Source: Balanoglossus misakiensis (Eukaryota > Animalia > Hemichordata). From it: a stretch of 64,000 nucleotides of DNA. How positions within the stretch are numbered: the first letter of the stretch is position 1; each line of letters opens with the position of its first letter. Shown here piece after piece: positions 28,295 through 43,459 of the stretch. The notes under the pieces were generated by a model, which worked only from the letters and a program-made list of their open reading frames with translations, was not told the DNA's origin and made no database searches. Position numbers and translations under genes: made by a program. The DNA lies in contig CM082596.2 in assembly GCA_040954595.2 (NCBI GenBank), positions 529,468-593,467 of the forward strand. The letters run 5' to 3'.

Positions 28295-29231
28295 GAACTT
28301 CACCACATATTGTAACCACATTTTAGCATGTAAGTAGTTTTGACAAAGATCATAATTTTACGCCACATTCATCTCAGCGCTGTATAGTTTGACGAGGAAT
28401 CTACAGTGAAGGGCGGATTTGGAACTTACCACCGAATATACAATACCGGATGAAAGGTACAGATCCGTCAATGACGACACTAGATTTCTACCAATTCTGA
28501 CAGAAATATTTTATCGCAAATTTCAACATGAAGTTCTCAACTTCCATTATTATGATTTTAATACCAGGTAAATACATAATGTAACAACAACCAGTTTTGT
28601 ATGGACTGTAAATATTGGATTCAGCTGTCTTGTAGATGTCTTATTTCAAAATCCCCATTGTAGATTTCAAAATTATCATATAAGCAAGCAATAATTTGCA
28701 GATTATGTTTGAGTTTAAGCGTGAAAGCCTCGAATTCTGAGATTTAGTCAACTTATGATAGAAATCTCTCAGATTGACTTTATTTCTGTATTGAAGGTGA
28801 TCACTAAACGCCAAAGAATTTCCAAAAGCAATAAGTCAGCCTGTAAAGTATTTGTATTAACGCACGCAGAGTTATGTTACAAAGCATAAAACCTGATTTT
28901 ATATTGTTTGAAACTTCTACAATATTCTGAAACACCTTTCCCCATCCAGAGAAGATGATACTAATTGTTAACAGAACTATTTGTCGTTGTAATCTACTTT
29001 CTGTTCATGGAAGTTTTATCCCTTCAGCAAGGAAAGAAACCAGTTTGGACTCGTTGACGCCACAGACAATTAATTTAAACGGGAAAGTAGTCTTATAAAA
29101 GCTAACATGGAGTTTTCAAACACAGTTTGTGCGTGTCACCAAATATTTTTCGACTGTATGTATATTGTTACGATTGCCCTTTATAAACAGTTTTGTCGTT
29201 AGTTGCATCAGTTTATTGGTCTTTTGAAGAC

Positions 29232-29237
29232 AATAAA
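29232..29237 (+). terminator. Candidate polyadenylation signal of Sp6-9
   Basis: AATAAA about 940 nt after the stop codon, with upstream TGTA motifs and a downstream T-rich tract. An alternative AATAAA lies near 30096. Confidence 0.4.
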
Positions 29238-32200
29238 TTCAATTGTTTTTAAAACGCATATATTCTCTGAGATTGAATCCATTTTTGACACACCACCAAG
29301 TGGACCATCAGACATCTATTTCTTTCCTGACTGTTTCCATTACGATGCCTTCTTTCAGTTTTATCCACACATTAGAAGGATATAGTCTCTATCATTTGAT
29401 ACAATTATGGCAAAATTTGTATTAGACAACATTCGTTGCTGAATCATCAATTATAGCGCCACCCCAGCCTGTTTGAACATATAATATTGATGGCATAATT
29501 CCTATATACCAGACATTAAATTATTTGTACGTTATGGTTCCATAATAATGCAATATCGAAGTAAAAACTTCGTGTATTTTACTTTTTGTCATGTACAGTG
29601 AACTAACATTGATGTCAATGGTACATACCGATTTGTAGGTGTGATTGATTAATCGAACTTAAAGTTATAGTTTGTAGAACAATAAGAGCTACAGGTCGCG
29701 TAATAAGATTACTATAAAAAAGGAGCAATATTTTTCTTATTCGTGTTCTGATGTCTATCGATTTCTCGCGTATAGCTTCCGGTTTTACAAGATGGTTTAT
29801 TGACTGGATTAAATTTAGCTGACGATTCAGAAGACTAGATCATGTAACAACCAATGGTTCCTGACTCTGCAGATTCTTTGGTTTTAAGCAGTATGTTAAA
29901 ATGTAAAATAATGTTATAATATTTATTGAAATCGTCAACTTTAAAGTAAGTCCAAGAGTTAAATCTAGCACCTAGATATTATGTAACTATCAATAGAATC
30001 TACCCCGCCCAGTCCTACCTACCAACTTCATACAGGTACTTATTGTATGGACTCATGGGACAGCGGTTAGTGATTGCACTATTGTACACACAGAAAATAA
30101 AGGCGAAAATTACAAAGTAAGGGAAATTAGGTTTGTAGGCTTTAAAACCATTATTTCCATCGTGCCTCAACTTGTCGGTCATAAATATTGCTTGATTTCA
30201 ACTGAACTACTCTTAAAGCACGACCACTGTTCAATTAATGCGACAAAAACAGCATTATCGATCAGCGGTTTGGTGGTTCTACTTCTAGTTCTGGTAATTA
30301 ATGTTGTATTTCCTCGTAAAATGCCATCTCTGTGGATTTCAACGAAGTAGCGACAGATTGCAGTAAAGGTGGATCTGGGAATTTCACAAAATCTCCTTCA
30401 GAACCTTTCTCTCGACAAAGCATCACTGGTCGGGTGGGGTAGGTACTAACAACACAACGGCGAGGCATTTATGGTGTACTATTTGATAGCAAACCCTTGC
30501 GAACTAACTGACCAATTTATTAACAGTTTATGTTTGGGACCAACATTTTACTAATGCACAAGCCTGTCTGTAGGGACACGTGGGTACTGATGGGTTGTTT
30601 AAATTAACAGAGACAAGTAACACGACAAAGCGACGATCTGCGGTTGTGTTGGTGCGCTGTTCTGCACTCAACTCATGAGTTGGCCCTTTTCCACGTCAGA
30701 TGATTTCACTCAATTACATCGGGACACGGTTAGTCATAGCTCTCTTCATTAAAGCACTGAAGCTCACAAACTAGATCGATACTGAAACAGTATCGGTCAA
30801 AGGTATTGAATGTGTGTTTTAATAATATTGTTAATCGCTGCCTTCAAAGAACCGCCGAACGAACCTATCCAGACACTGAACGAGGCGTGGTTGTTGTCAA
30901 ATGACGCGAGATCCCGAAGATATTAACTCCCTGTTTGCCTATTATTACAACGCGCCAGTGTTATCGCGCCTATGTCACATCGCATTTGCGCAGCGGACAA
31001 TTATCTTGTCCTGGTCATCTACTTATAATCAGTGTTTCCGGAGATTATTTTGATATCATCTCTCACCTGACTTTTTATTGATTGAAGTGACATCGCGATG
31101 AGTTCTTTTCCTTCAGTTCTGAATCAGTTCTGAAGTGGCATGCAGCTGTAAACAGGCAATCGCTTTCTTGAAGTTCCACGATCTATCATGGTTACACTTT
31201 CACTTAACCTTCAGCTCATCCTAAGTGTATTTTTCCAGGCAATCTGTTGGGACAAGAGAAACAATTAATTGGACAAATAAACAACGCAACATGAATTTAA
31301 TTCTGTTAAAAGTCAATATCTAAGAACACTCGCACATTTATTTCAAATTTTACAAGACACGAGTCATTTTCTGTCAATAGAACATTACTAATACTGCCCA
31401 CACTTTGTTCGATATGTTTTATTTTTATATTTTGCCCATTTCTACATTTTAACCACGAATCGTCGACAAAATAGGATTGGAGGGGTCGCCGTCTCTCCGA
31501 AATGACGAAGTGACAATGAATGTACTGTGCCAGGGGCTGGTTTGTTTTGGTGACACCATAAATGCGACGTAAAATTTTCACATCAAGTTTAATTCTGAAT
31601 ACCGTGTTTTCATTTCGATTCATTTCCGACTTTTATGTTTTATTTAACTCATATGAGACAATAATGCGAGAAATTAAATTGATCACTCTCCGCTGTGTCG
31701 GTTTTTATAAAATTCCGACAGCTTTACAATTCAAACTCTGGTGAATATTGGGAGTATAAAACACACTCAATCTGTCATTGCTACTTTACGATCAGCTGTT
31801 GACTGAGGATGGAAATATTGACTGTGGCCCGTCAAACTAGCAGTCCTGTGCATTGTGTGAATATGGGTGGAAATTATTAGCCTTTGTTTTTATTGGACAT
31901 TTCTGATCTGTGATGAAACCGTCAATGCGTCATAATGATCCCAACACATGAAACAGGAAAAGTAGGAATGAAATTGCTGTGTTTCTTTGTCTCGTATTCA
32001 GTTTCTCTCTGGAGCCACGCAATTACTGTGAGTTATGCTGTCGCTATTTGGGAGAGATCATCGACTCCATTTAGAAGAAGCGAGCAAAACGAAGCGCGAC
32101 CTCGCGGCAGAGCAATTTGACCACACACTGGGAAAATTGACAGAACAATTTAGTAATCTGTCCATTACTTTGACCATTTCAGATAAGGTTACACAGTCAT

Positions 32201-35200
32201 GAAAATCGACAGGCTCAGTTTAAGTCGTCATGCTCAAAATATAACAAACTGGAGAATGGATTTTAAACACAAATGGACAATTTCTGAACCCTTATTACAT
32301 AAATAAAATCAACGTATTTGGAGTCGAAAAGTGGAGGCTTGATTGAGGGTCCTTATAAATTCTGCTTACCTCTGGGAGTCCAAATGTTATAATGGACGAT
32401 TTCCGACACGCGCTGCGAGTTGCTTGAAACGTACATTAAGTCAATTTAGTGAATTGCTGAAAAATAGGAAATAGACACATTGTGATCAATCCAGAAATGA
32501 AATTGATAACTTGTAACAATTTACTACGAGAGACACCTGTAGGGAAGGAATATAACAACAACTTAAAGAAGAAATATATCTAATATGACCATGGGTTCCA
32601 TGGTGATTTGTTAACGCTTCTAGCGAAAGGCGATCCACTGTCGTGAATTGACGCCCAGGGGAAATGCTAGCATTGTGAATTTCGACCGTTAGCACCATCT
32701 ACAATCAATTGTCTGAAGTTTAGGCATTTAGAGAAATTACGGGAGCATTATAGTTTGTTGATGTTTGCCACTGAGATAGCTTGAGGGATGAACTTGTGTC
32801 ATTAAATCTAACATTTTACTTGTGTCATCCCATTTATTCATTTCAAGTAGCGTAATATTACTGTTCCAATATAAAAGTTAGCGTTTAACTGTCAGACAGA
32901 TCGATAGATGTCCAACTTAGCGACTGCTTTCGATCGAAAATCAACGCGCACTTAATTGACTAAATGAAATGGATTCGGGGGCTCCTAGCGTTGGAAATCC
33001 TCTTTGTAGAACCGAACACCGCCGACGAACTTAATGCCCGACAATAATTTAGAAAACAAGCAGTGACTAATTTTCCCCTCGTTCACCAACTCAATAAGTA
33101 AAGCTCGACCAGAAACCATTTTGCGTTCATTTTTGTCAGGTCGCGTTTTTTTCTGTGCGAATCTCATCCATCGCTCTTTTCAGATCATGATCAGATACTA
33201 GCGGGCTTAAATGTGCCGTTGAAATTTTAATGAGGACAGCGTTGTCATTTTGCGGGGATATATTGCTCCAACAGCGAGGAAGTGACACGATTTTCCACGC
33301 TCTACTTTAAAAGCAGGCTACCAAATGTATTCAAGTGACGTCGGTTGGTGTGAACTTGACGTTTTTCAGTCTTATCGCGTTTCATGCACGTATGACGAAG
33401 ACCCAGTTTAAAAACAATAACGACAAAATTGCAGGCAAAAGAACGCGCAGAAATTCATGAGTTTAGATAGTCTATTTGTTTGGTTAGATCGCCGGCGCTG
33501 CTAGAGATACTGACTGGATAATTCAAAACGGTGAGGTTTTATCTCAATTTGGCCTTCGCCAAACTAATGTACATGCACCGCTCGACAACCACATCGATGA
33601 CCTGCGTCAGTCAAGCACATCGTATGGGACCTCAGATATAAGACTCGCTTTTGCAGCGTGGGTTCTGCAATTGACCGTGAGCCTCAAGAAGATATTGCAA
33701 GGTCAAACCGTACACCTCAACTCTCGAGAGTTTATGGTTGGATCAAATATTGGTGATTTTGATTTGATTTCATGCAAATAAAGAAATCCTGGGACTATAT
33801 TTTGATTTTTTCTAAAATTTAAGTCGAGTTGCATGGGATCAGTCTACGATATGGATTTTGTTTCTAAACCACATATTTTAAATGAAGCACATATTGTATA
33901 TGATTGAAGACAAAACTCCAGCGACAGACAGGGCAGATAAATACAGTGAGACACACAAAAAGAAGGGGTGATGTCGGTCTTGTGTGAGAGTGAAGAGACA
34001 GACGCGTGAGTAGGTAATTCATCAAAGGCAAAGGGTTGGCAGTTGACTTGATGTTTGTCTCTCGGGGCGCGCCGTATGAGTTGTAAATTAAATAATCATA
34101 TATAATTCATAATCCATAAGACCAAAAACACATAAAACATCAATTATGATGACGGCTCGCCCAAGCCCGCTCTGATGCTTCCGAGACTCCAGTCACCTCA
34201 ACATAACAAAGGCGACTGGAAACGCCACCATTACAACTCAAATAATCTTAGTTACTTTTCATTGATGCTCAGCGTGTTTCAAAACATGGTTCAATCATCT
34301 ACTTTGTTTAAAACAGAGTTTCGTCTGAAATCTCGAAAAGCGTAGTCATGGCAACCATTTAGGCAAGAACTGCTTGCCTCAAAACACATTTTGGTGAAAA
34401 TCATACAAACACAGTATACCTATTGGTTAATGTGGTTAACATGCTAATTTTTCTTGGTTGCTATGGTGGACATACTGGGAGCCAATTGGTTGCTGGGGTC
34501 GACGCCATTCTAGATGTCTATTGGCTGCTGTAGAAGACATGATCGATATCAACGGAAACTATAATTTGCTCAAAGTTAAACACACCATAACTGAATAGCA
34601 CATTATATATTTGCATTCGAGAGATATGTTTGCCTAGACGAAATGTCCACGCAGATGGTTGAGCTACCGTAACCATTTTAAGTACTTTAAAAATCGCTTG
34701 AGTCACGAACAACTTCGGCCATAAAATGAGATGAAAACCAGATATTGTTTTTCAAAATAATAATTTAGAAAACTATTTGTGTATCCAGTACAGGCATGTT
34801 TTCTGTTATCTTTAAGTCCCCACGTATATCCACAACAATCAAGTTTCTGTGGCTAATAGACTAACGATAGACTAGTGATTCTTACGATGCAGAACGGAGA
34901 CAATGTAGCGGTCTACACGGAGTTACTGAAGCGTGGGGCTTCACAATCATTGCGTGGAAATGCGTTATCTGCGCTGCAGTAAACGACAAAATAAACTTCG
35001 TCTGATGTTAGCATCGCAACAAAATCTTTTCTTCAAAGGGGGTCAACGGGTCGAAATGACATACGCGACTGTTTCCTTCTACGGCTGTTTAACTTTACAG
35101 TTTTTATATCCGTCTGTCAAGTTCATAATTAAGCGACTTTGTAAATGGCCAGTTTTGGAAGTCGTTCATTTCTTTGAAAAAGAGTCAATAATACTTGACC

Positions 35201-37739
35201 CGCATGTGTATAGGGGGTTGACGGGCAGCCTTGATGGTTTTGTTTCTTTCTCCCTTCTGGACTTTCTCAAGGCTCTGGCTGACTGCCTCTCCATCAGTCT
35301 GTGTAAATTACGAGTTGACGGGGTGAAACCGTTATGAGGCACATATAAATCTTCCATATAGTAAAATGGGCCTTTATGTCTTTCTAGCCACTAGGGGTGT
35401 TTCTCGGCGCTCAACTCTTGTGTACGTATCGTATTTTATTGTCATTTTCGCTTCATTTGTTGGGAAAAAATCACCAGCCGTTTTACGCTTCGATTTTTAT
35501 TGTCACCTCATATGATAGTGCTATTATATTTGGGCAGTGGGCACATAACACTGTTCACGTGACAACACCCCCAAATCGTAATATTTTAAATACATGGACA
35601 CATTGAATTCAAGAGTGAACATGTGGAACAATACTGAGCAACAAAGTAACGGACAAGGTGATGATGGAAAGCAATGGACGTCAATGAATGGACTGTTTTC
35701 ATTGGCCTCCTGACTGTGCCCAAAGTCTGCATATCTCTCTCCACATTTCAAAATGTCTCTGACTTTATCTCTCCTCTCAAGTTCCCTCTTTCTTCAAAAA
35801 TCCCCATACCCTCCAAAATTTCCCTTCCAAAATCCCTCCCATTTCTCTCTCGATCATTCTCTCTCTTGATTCCGAGTTTGAAAATGTTATACTGATTTTG
35901 TTTGGTTGCAAACACCCTTCATTTATTTTGGTTGTTTTTCAACTTGAATTCCTTCAGGTCGGGAAGTAAAACCACGGTCAAAGAACGCTTTAATTTAAAC
36001 AGTAATCCCTTTGTTTACAATTTTACTTCTTTAAACCTGTAAAAGTACTGGTACCAAAATGCAATGCTTTTGTCGGGTTTCCTTTGAGGTCAGACGTTGA
36101 TTGCATCGAGTCTCCGCGGAAAGCCTCGTAAAACAAGCAAAAAAGCCACATTTTAAAAGTTGACTTTCTAGTAAACGACACCTCTATAGAAACCATCAAC
36201 AATGCGTAAAAAGCGGATGTAACTTTGTGTTTTCAAAGAATCCTTGTTTAAAATGATTTAGAGTCTAGTCGTGTTGCAAGTTGTAAACTAGTAGATGACG
36301 TAGATGTTCCAATAGCAAAGTGGAGTGAAATAACGAAGTTTCAAAATTTGTGGAAACTACTATTTTAACTTCGAGCTTTCTGTGAGATTTGACAAAATAT
36401 CATTGAAAGTCGCGGAAACAGAGACTAAGCAACTTCGGCCAATTCTCTACAGACCTCAACTCCAAAGAGCGCGTATAGCAACATGCGGCAAACATCTGCA
36501 TCACTCCTTCGCAGTTTCATAAGTGATTTAAATATATAATTAAAGTTCTCTCTTTTTTATACAAGAAATCACTTTTGACATAGATATGAATAGTATTGAG
36601 GGGTAGTCGTGATGGCGGCTGTAAAGGATCCAGCAGCTGTCGTTTGCGTCTCCTTTTACGTTATTCACAAGTGAACATATTTCATTCAAGTTGGTCAAGC
36701 GCCGCGAGTGTTAGCTCGCCCTCAAAGCGTACATGCATAATTGACATCCATTCATTATATTTTTATGCGAATGACAAGTTGTCCATAGAGGCTGTATACC
36801 CACAACATGCAGGAGAACAAAATAACATTTCTATTGTTAGTAATTATAGGACTCTGTGTCTTTGCGCCGCTTTGCCGTGGTATAGAACCATCCTTCCGTT
36901 GCCCTGTCTGCCCCGTGGCTTGAAAAGGCACTGGCAACCACAGACCCGTGCCCAGGGTTTGGAAAATGAGGGTCTCAATGTCAGAACATAAAAATGTTGG
37001 GCTGGGTAAACCAGGTGTTGATTTCTTAAATACACGTTATAGATTTCGGTCTGTTCCCTCAATGGTTTTTGGTAAATTGCATGATGAACAGTGTGGTACA
37101 GCAGTCAAATCACTGTATTTATCTAGTTGTCTTGAGAGACTCTAGATTACTGACAAACTAAAAGGCGAGAAATACAAGCAGTGAGGTGTCAAAGACTCTC
37201 TGATCAAGGGCTTGACAACACAATTGAAAATTAGGGGGATTGAAAACGATGGCCATTCAGCTAGTGGCGCCGTGAGTACGGCCACATCTCCTCCAACTCC
37301 CAGTCCCTCATTGTTATCTTACAATTGATTAACTCTTAAGAATTGCCTGCAAAACCAATGGTTTGCATTTCTACACAGATCCTTCAGAGTTTATTCTTAC
37401 TTCTTTTCAATCGATCGTTTAAATGTTTGGCGGTATAAAGCTGCCTGGCCCATGTGCACTCAGTCGAAATAAACGGCGCCTAATTTAAGAGCTAACCGAG
37501 ACCCCATCACTATCGCTTTTTATTGGCCAAAGCACTTAATTATTTGGTTTCTCAATTGAAACAGGCCTAATTGTAACACCTAGCGAATAGTTGGTGGTAT
37601 TTGCAAGTTTTACCATCGCAACTTGCCGTACTTTGCTCACAGAAAATCGAGGCATGAATCTTATCAGTTGTAAATCACGAATTTCCTCATAAGGTACAGA
37701 GACGTGATGTGACACCAAAATAGTCGTGTCGTCCAAGTG

Positions 37740-38110
37740 TGACGGTATAATGGGCGGCAAAACGTCCCCTCCCCCAAAGGGAAGTCCTTACTTCTAAACA
37801 ACCAGGCTAAAAAGTCCTGAGTCTACAATTATCCATGTATGAGTGCACAATGGGCGGCCAAGCATCCCTTCCCCTAAAGGACCAACTGCACCACCAGTGA
37901 CTTGCCTAATGTCTACAATTGGCCGTGTATGATTGCATTGTGTGCGGTAAAGCCCCCTCCCTCTCCCCTCCCCCTGTCCCTGTCCAAGGAAAGATGCCAT
38001 CAACAACGACTTTCATTTGGATCTACAACTGGGATGGTCAGATCCCTCTGGAGGGAAGACTCAAAGGCCGACCACTTGGCCCAAGTCTATTAAAGTCTAC
38101 AACTGGCCTG
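37740..38110 (+). repeat. Degenerate tandem repeat, about 75-110-bp units
   Basis: Recurrent RTCTACAAY at 37821, 37911, 38021 and 38095; TGGGCGGC...TCCCYTCCCCYAAAGG at about 37751 and 37851. Confidence 0.65.
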
Positions 38111-38231
38111 GTTGTGAAACACCATAAGAGAATTTTCTGTACTCTGTTCCATTAGCTTTGTTTTGTGGGCATTTTCCAAGAAGGATGTGGGAAGACACGT
38201 TACAAGCTCACAGCAACCAGTTCAGGACTCA

Positions 38232-38244
38232 CCACTAGGGGGCG
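38232..38244 (+). promoter_or_regulatory. CTCF core motif CCACTAGGGGGCG
   Basis: Matches the CTCF consensus CCASYAGRKGGCR; lies between the two Sp genes. Confidence 0.55.
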
Positions 38245-41200
38245 TGTCTAGTGCACAAATCAATTATCTTAGTTATGTCAAACTTTTTGACGAGTGGAAA
38301 CATTAATGCCGATACAGTAAGTGAAATTACTCCCCAATGTTCAACATAAAATCTATAAATGTTTCGGGGTGTTCTTATTAAGCTCGTATAATAGGTGAGA
38401 TATTTTCCAATGGATGTAAGGAAGTATTCCCATGGACACAATTCTATTAAAGATAACTACTTGTTCGTCTTTATTTAGCTTCTTTCGTTAATTTGTTAAT
38501 TCCTAACTCGTTCTAAAGTTTGTAACGACAACGTGCGGCAAATCATGGCCTGGATCCACCAGACCATGCTTGATTGAATGTGAAAGACGACAAAATAACC
38601 GGTGTCAAAGGTCAAATAACAATGCACCATGATCTTCGACATTTGAAGATGAAGTATGTTTTTATAAATAGAACGGTGAGAATGGCCATAGCTCTAAGCT
38701 ATATTAGATAAACAACACAACGTAGCACTGACCATAGTACATTGTATACTGTAAACGAAGTAAGGTTCCTTTGAAAAAAAATCCATTTTATCCATTATTA
38801 TATTATCACAGGTTTGCAGTATATCGACAAAATAAATTTTAATTTTGAGCTGAAAAACTCGAGAAAAATGTCCGCAAAATCTGAATAAACAATTGAACTA
38901 TATACTAAACACACGTTTATTGTTATCTAAAACGATGCAATAATTATTTCACGCTTCGCAAATATTTTGTTACGTGTTACGTGATGCACAGTATCTGGTC
39001 AGTTTAGGACATGGGTCATGTGACACAGAATGCCCAAAGAACTACAATCACCTGATTTATGACCTGTTATACAGCAACAAGTAGAATTTAAGGCGGGAAA
39101 GTTTTCAGCCCTCAGGTGATAAGTTTATTGAAAGTCAACAGCTTGAAACGTCCTCGTGATATTTCATTATTTTTTAATCCAGGCCTACAATGGTACAAGG
39201 AGTTTCTGTCTTTATGGGCATCTCAATGCTGCCATTTTGCTCTCATCGGGACACGATTTTTCCCACGACAGAAGCTGACCCAGCTCATGACACAAGACCT
39301 GTGTTTGCTACTTTGATTGATTTCGGAAGAATTGACTTCTAACTTCTAACTAACGCGACGATGCCATTTCAAACTGAGGTGAAAAGTATGGAGCGAAAAA
39401 AGTGTTCAGATCACGATCGATCGTTGAGAATGAATCTGCCTTGATCGATAATAAAAACTACGAATAGCCATCAGCCCAGAGTCAGGACCGCCCAACAATT
39501 CTAAATCTTCCAAGTATGTTTAGTAAATCTTTCAAAGTGATGGACTTTTCGAGAGACGTGGAAAGACTGGGACACGAGGGGTAGAAATACTCACAGAAAC
39601 ACTAAAAAGTACTGAAAAATAGTGAAAAGGTTCAACTGAAGTCACTTTTTCGAATTATCTCTATTAACGTGAGTGAATCCGTGGCATTTCAAAATACGTT
39701 GAAATTCGTCCGGTTGAAATAGATCACATCTTGTACGAAATCGGAGCAAATGAACACGAAGGGGGCTTATAATCTATTCCTGTGACTTTTACAAACTTTA
39801 CTCAATGTTATTTGAAACAAGTTTCAACTGTAGGATCGAAGGATCTGTGGGAACTCGTTTGAAAGCAATGGGTGGGTGTAGACTGGCCATTTATTTTAGA
39901 TTCCATCGAATAAATTGGTACATTCATTGTACTTGCTGACAAGTGGGATATATGTAACCACGTGCTCCTAAACAATCTCCTGATTGACTTCATACAATTA
40001 CATGAAAACTGGTAGTGCAAAACCAGACTATCTGAGTAATATTAAAACAGCTTTAACGAAGAAAAGGGCGAACAAGGCTTGACTTTTCTGAAACGAGTCA
40101 AATCTTTTGGAAGAAACGATGTTGTGTGAGAACATGATTGCCGTTCAAAAGTGGTGATACTTCACCAACTGAAAAACTGATTCTCAAAAGAACAGAAGTT
40201 GTCCTGTTCAAAAAGACGGTAAGATTGCGTGATATAGAGACAGACTGTGTCACAGACAAAGGTGTCATCAGTAATCACAGCAGCATATGCATCATTTAAA
40301 AATTAATGTCAGATTTCATTTGATTTATATCATATCAATGACAAATGAGGTCGAAAGAAATTTCTTCTCGGTTCAATTTATTGTGTTTTAATTTCACTTG
40401 ATCGCCTGGACTACAATGACCGAATTGGGGTTAAAATTTGATCATTTGTGTTCGCCATTACTCAGAGACTATTAATTTACAATCTACTTTGTTGGCGCCA
40501 AATGCGAGCGCAGACAACGACCCTACCGCCCTTTCCCCCTGGGTGTATAGACGGTAGGTGATCGTGTTGGAAGAAACAAGTATTTGTACTTAATTAAAAA
40601 GGTTTTGTCATCGTGGGCATAAAAGTCAAAATCTCAAGTTGGCTATTGCCAAAATTCGGTGATAATAATAAGTGCAATAATGGAAGGGTGTCTCGCCCTC
40701 CTATGACTATCGAGTGAAGACTTAAGTACTTTTGAGAGTATTAAAAGAACAATTTTATTGGGAATCGAGAATTCTACTTGTAACCCCTTTCATTGAGGAT
40801 GATCTGTCTATGACAGACACAACGTCCAATTAACGGGAAATGTTTATTTTGTTCATTTTTCACGTCATATGAGTGAATACGGTTTCCTTATTGGCCGGTC
40901 ATCTTCTCAAGTGTATAAAGTGAAACGAAATATTTGAGAGGTTGTCTTTAACAAATCACAAGACAGATCACATTTCTCATTCGTAAAAAGCACTAAATGT
41001 TCAGCTCGGAAGTGTGAAAGGCCTACACCTACATTCCCATGGAAACACGGGTTTTTGGAAATTAACATTTAAACTCTTGAGATTTGAAGGGTTGGTGCAT
41101 TAAACGTATCTCAGATGGCCTTCTCCATCGAAATTTAGCAGAAATGTGAAGATGGGCAAGAGAAGTAAAGGGCAATTGCGAACCAAATACAAGGTAGACC

Positions 41201-43459
41201 CAACAGACGAATGCGAAAAACAAACGTACCCCGATATAAACGAAATGTCGCGTCGATTAGGGTTAGGGATTTCTGCCAACCATTTTAAGTTAATGACATT
41301 TATTAGACGTGCCGCTGCTAGTGGAGAAAACAAATTCCAACCACAACGCATGAGAGATCGCGGGAAAAAGACTAAGATTTATCGACACATGTTAATTTTA
41401 ATCAAGAAGAACGCTTGGCTGCAACTACACTTTATGGTTGTGTCTGGGGTTGGACTTAATTCTAAACTCATAGTGCGTGGCCATGTCTACATGCCTGAAA
41501 CAATAAAATTGCCAAATTAATCGCCTTTATTTTCGGATGATTTAATAATCCAATCAAGGCCATAATTTATCGAGAATGAATTTTTCCAGTCGTGGTTGCT
41601 AAATTGATGAAACAATCATCAATAGACGCGTTGACTTGGGATGGTCTGGATCATAAAATTGATGAGGTGTGAGCTGTCCCAAACCGCATATCAGATGACG
41701 AGAAGGGAAAATTTCATACGAAACTTATAAACGCTTGATTAAGTAGAATGAAATCATGTGTAACATTAGAAATTGACCACTTTACACATTTTCACTCCCA
41801 CTTTGAGTTGGACTATAATGATTTTGGCGCCGAAGTCTATTAAACTAGGCGTAGTGCCAATAAGTTGATGATATTTATGTATAAATCGAAAGGTTTTTTT
41901 CTTTATCTCTGTGGGGGTTTTCCTTATGCCACATCTTTTTGAAAAGGTTGCGTCATTTGAAACGATGTACCCATGTGCGTGTACATAGCATTCACATTGA
42001 AAGTAACCAGGGCATACAATATTTCGTTATTTAACCCTTTCCTGACAAATGTGTGGAATAACAACTACCGACACAAAGCTAGCATCGTCACAGAGATGGA
42101 AACGGAAGCTGAACATTTTACAAGTAACCAACCAACCAACCAACCAAAGTAACACTGCTGTTTACAGATTCATATCCACGACGCACAGATACTGCAAATT
42201 TGGAACTTGTGATGATCCAACTAAAACTGGTGCTGCCTGATTCACGTAATGACCGTCTAAACGGTCTCAAACTGTAAAACTTCTGCGTGGTGTACATATA
42301 TTATTTTTTAAACAAAATAAGTGAAAAAGAATGACCAAAGGGGACGCTCGTACTAGTAGACACACCTTCGGACATGCGATCGTAAGTTTTACGATACCGC
42401 CGTAGGAGGCGCTCAGCATACGACACGCGCAGTCCTCATTTGCATATTAAATGTCCATGTGTAGTGACGTACAGCGTGTACGCTCGAATGGCGGTGCTTT
42501 CAAATCTGACCGTGCGAAAACAGACCCCAAAACACGCATTTGAAGTATAAGTAGATAATTGTACACGTTCTGGTGGGTTAACCGCCCCAAAACACACGGT
42601 TTGGGAAGAATGTTGTAAACTACACGCGGTGGAAATACCTGTTGTCCGCTCGAACATGTGCACGCATATAGCGTATGCATGTAATAGCATAGGACGTACG
42701 CGTTCTGGAATATTTTACTGTTATATGATAATAATTTTACAAAAGCACTTACCAGCGTCGTCCCATGTACTGTCTGTTACATCATATTACCATGGAGGTA
42801 GCCCTGTACTTCGACCTTGGCCGCCAAAATCACAAAATCCGCCCAGTTCCGCCACGCGTCCACGGTATAGGTACACGCCCCCTTCCAAGCCATATGACGA
42901 GCGCCTCCAAGTGACGGAATATTTGCAGCCTGTCTTCTTTATCCAACCCCCTAACTCTCCAAGAAACGCCCATCTGTTTGTTACATGTATTTCACTTGCA
43001 CATTACACGCCACAAAAGATGTCAAACTGGCCTCTCTGTTTTCGCCAACAAACACCGATTTAACCCAATGGGTTCGGTTTCATGTATTTGTTTTTAATTG
43101 CATTCAAAATTATTCTCACAGGAGGCCACATGAACGTCGAGCATACCCAGAATTCCTCTACCCCAACCTATTCTAACTACTGAATTCTCACTGGCATTTT
43201 ACTGTTATAACGCGCAAATAAATCGACGTCGGATACTGCTTTTATAGTTTGCTTTCTTGCAAACCGACGGTATTGTTGGCTATGGGATGAATATAATCGT
43301 CGAATGTGATGACCTGGGATTTCTTTTTTTGGTTTTGTGGTGAGGCGTTTGCTTCTTCATCTCTCAGGGGGCAAGACAATCCTGGAAAACAGGCAGAGGT
43401 TGTGCAATACGTCATCACGTTAGTTTCTCACGTCGGCAAGATAAGAAGCGATCCCCAGA

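Noticed and set aside
35166-35357. Basic 63-aa ORF (MEDLYVPH...RKSRREKETK)
   Set aside because: No family similarity or splice support recognised.
41146-41520. ORF with homeodomain-like fragments (LRTKY...EKQTYPDI...F.RRA)
   Set aside because: It lacks the invariant W48 and N51 and has the wrong helix-1 spacing; most likely chance.
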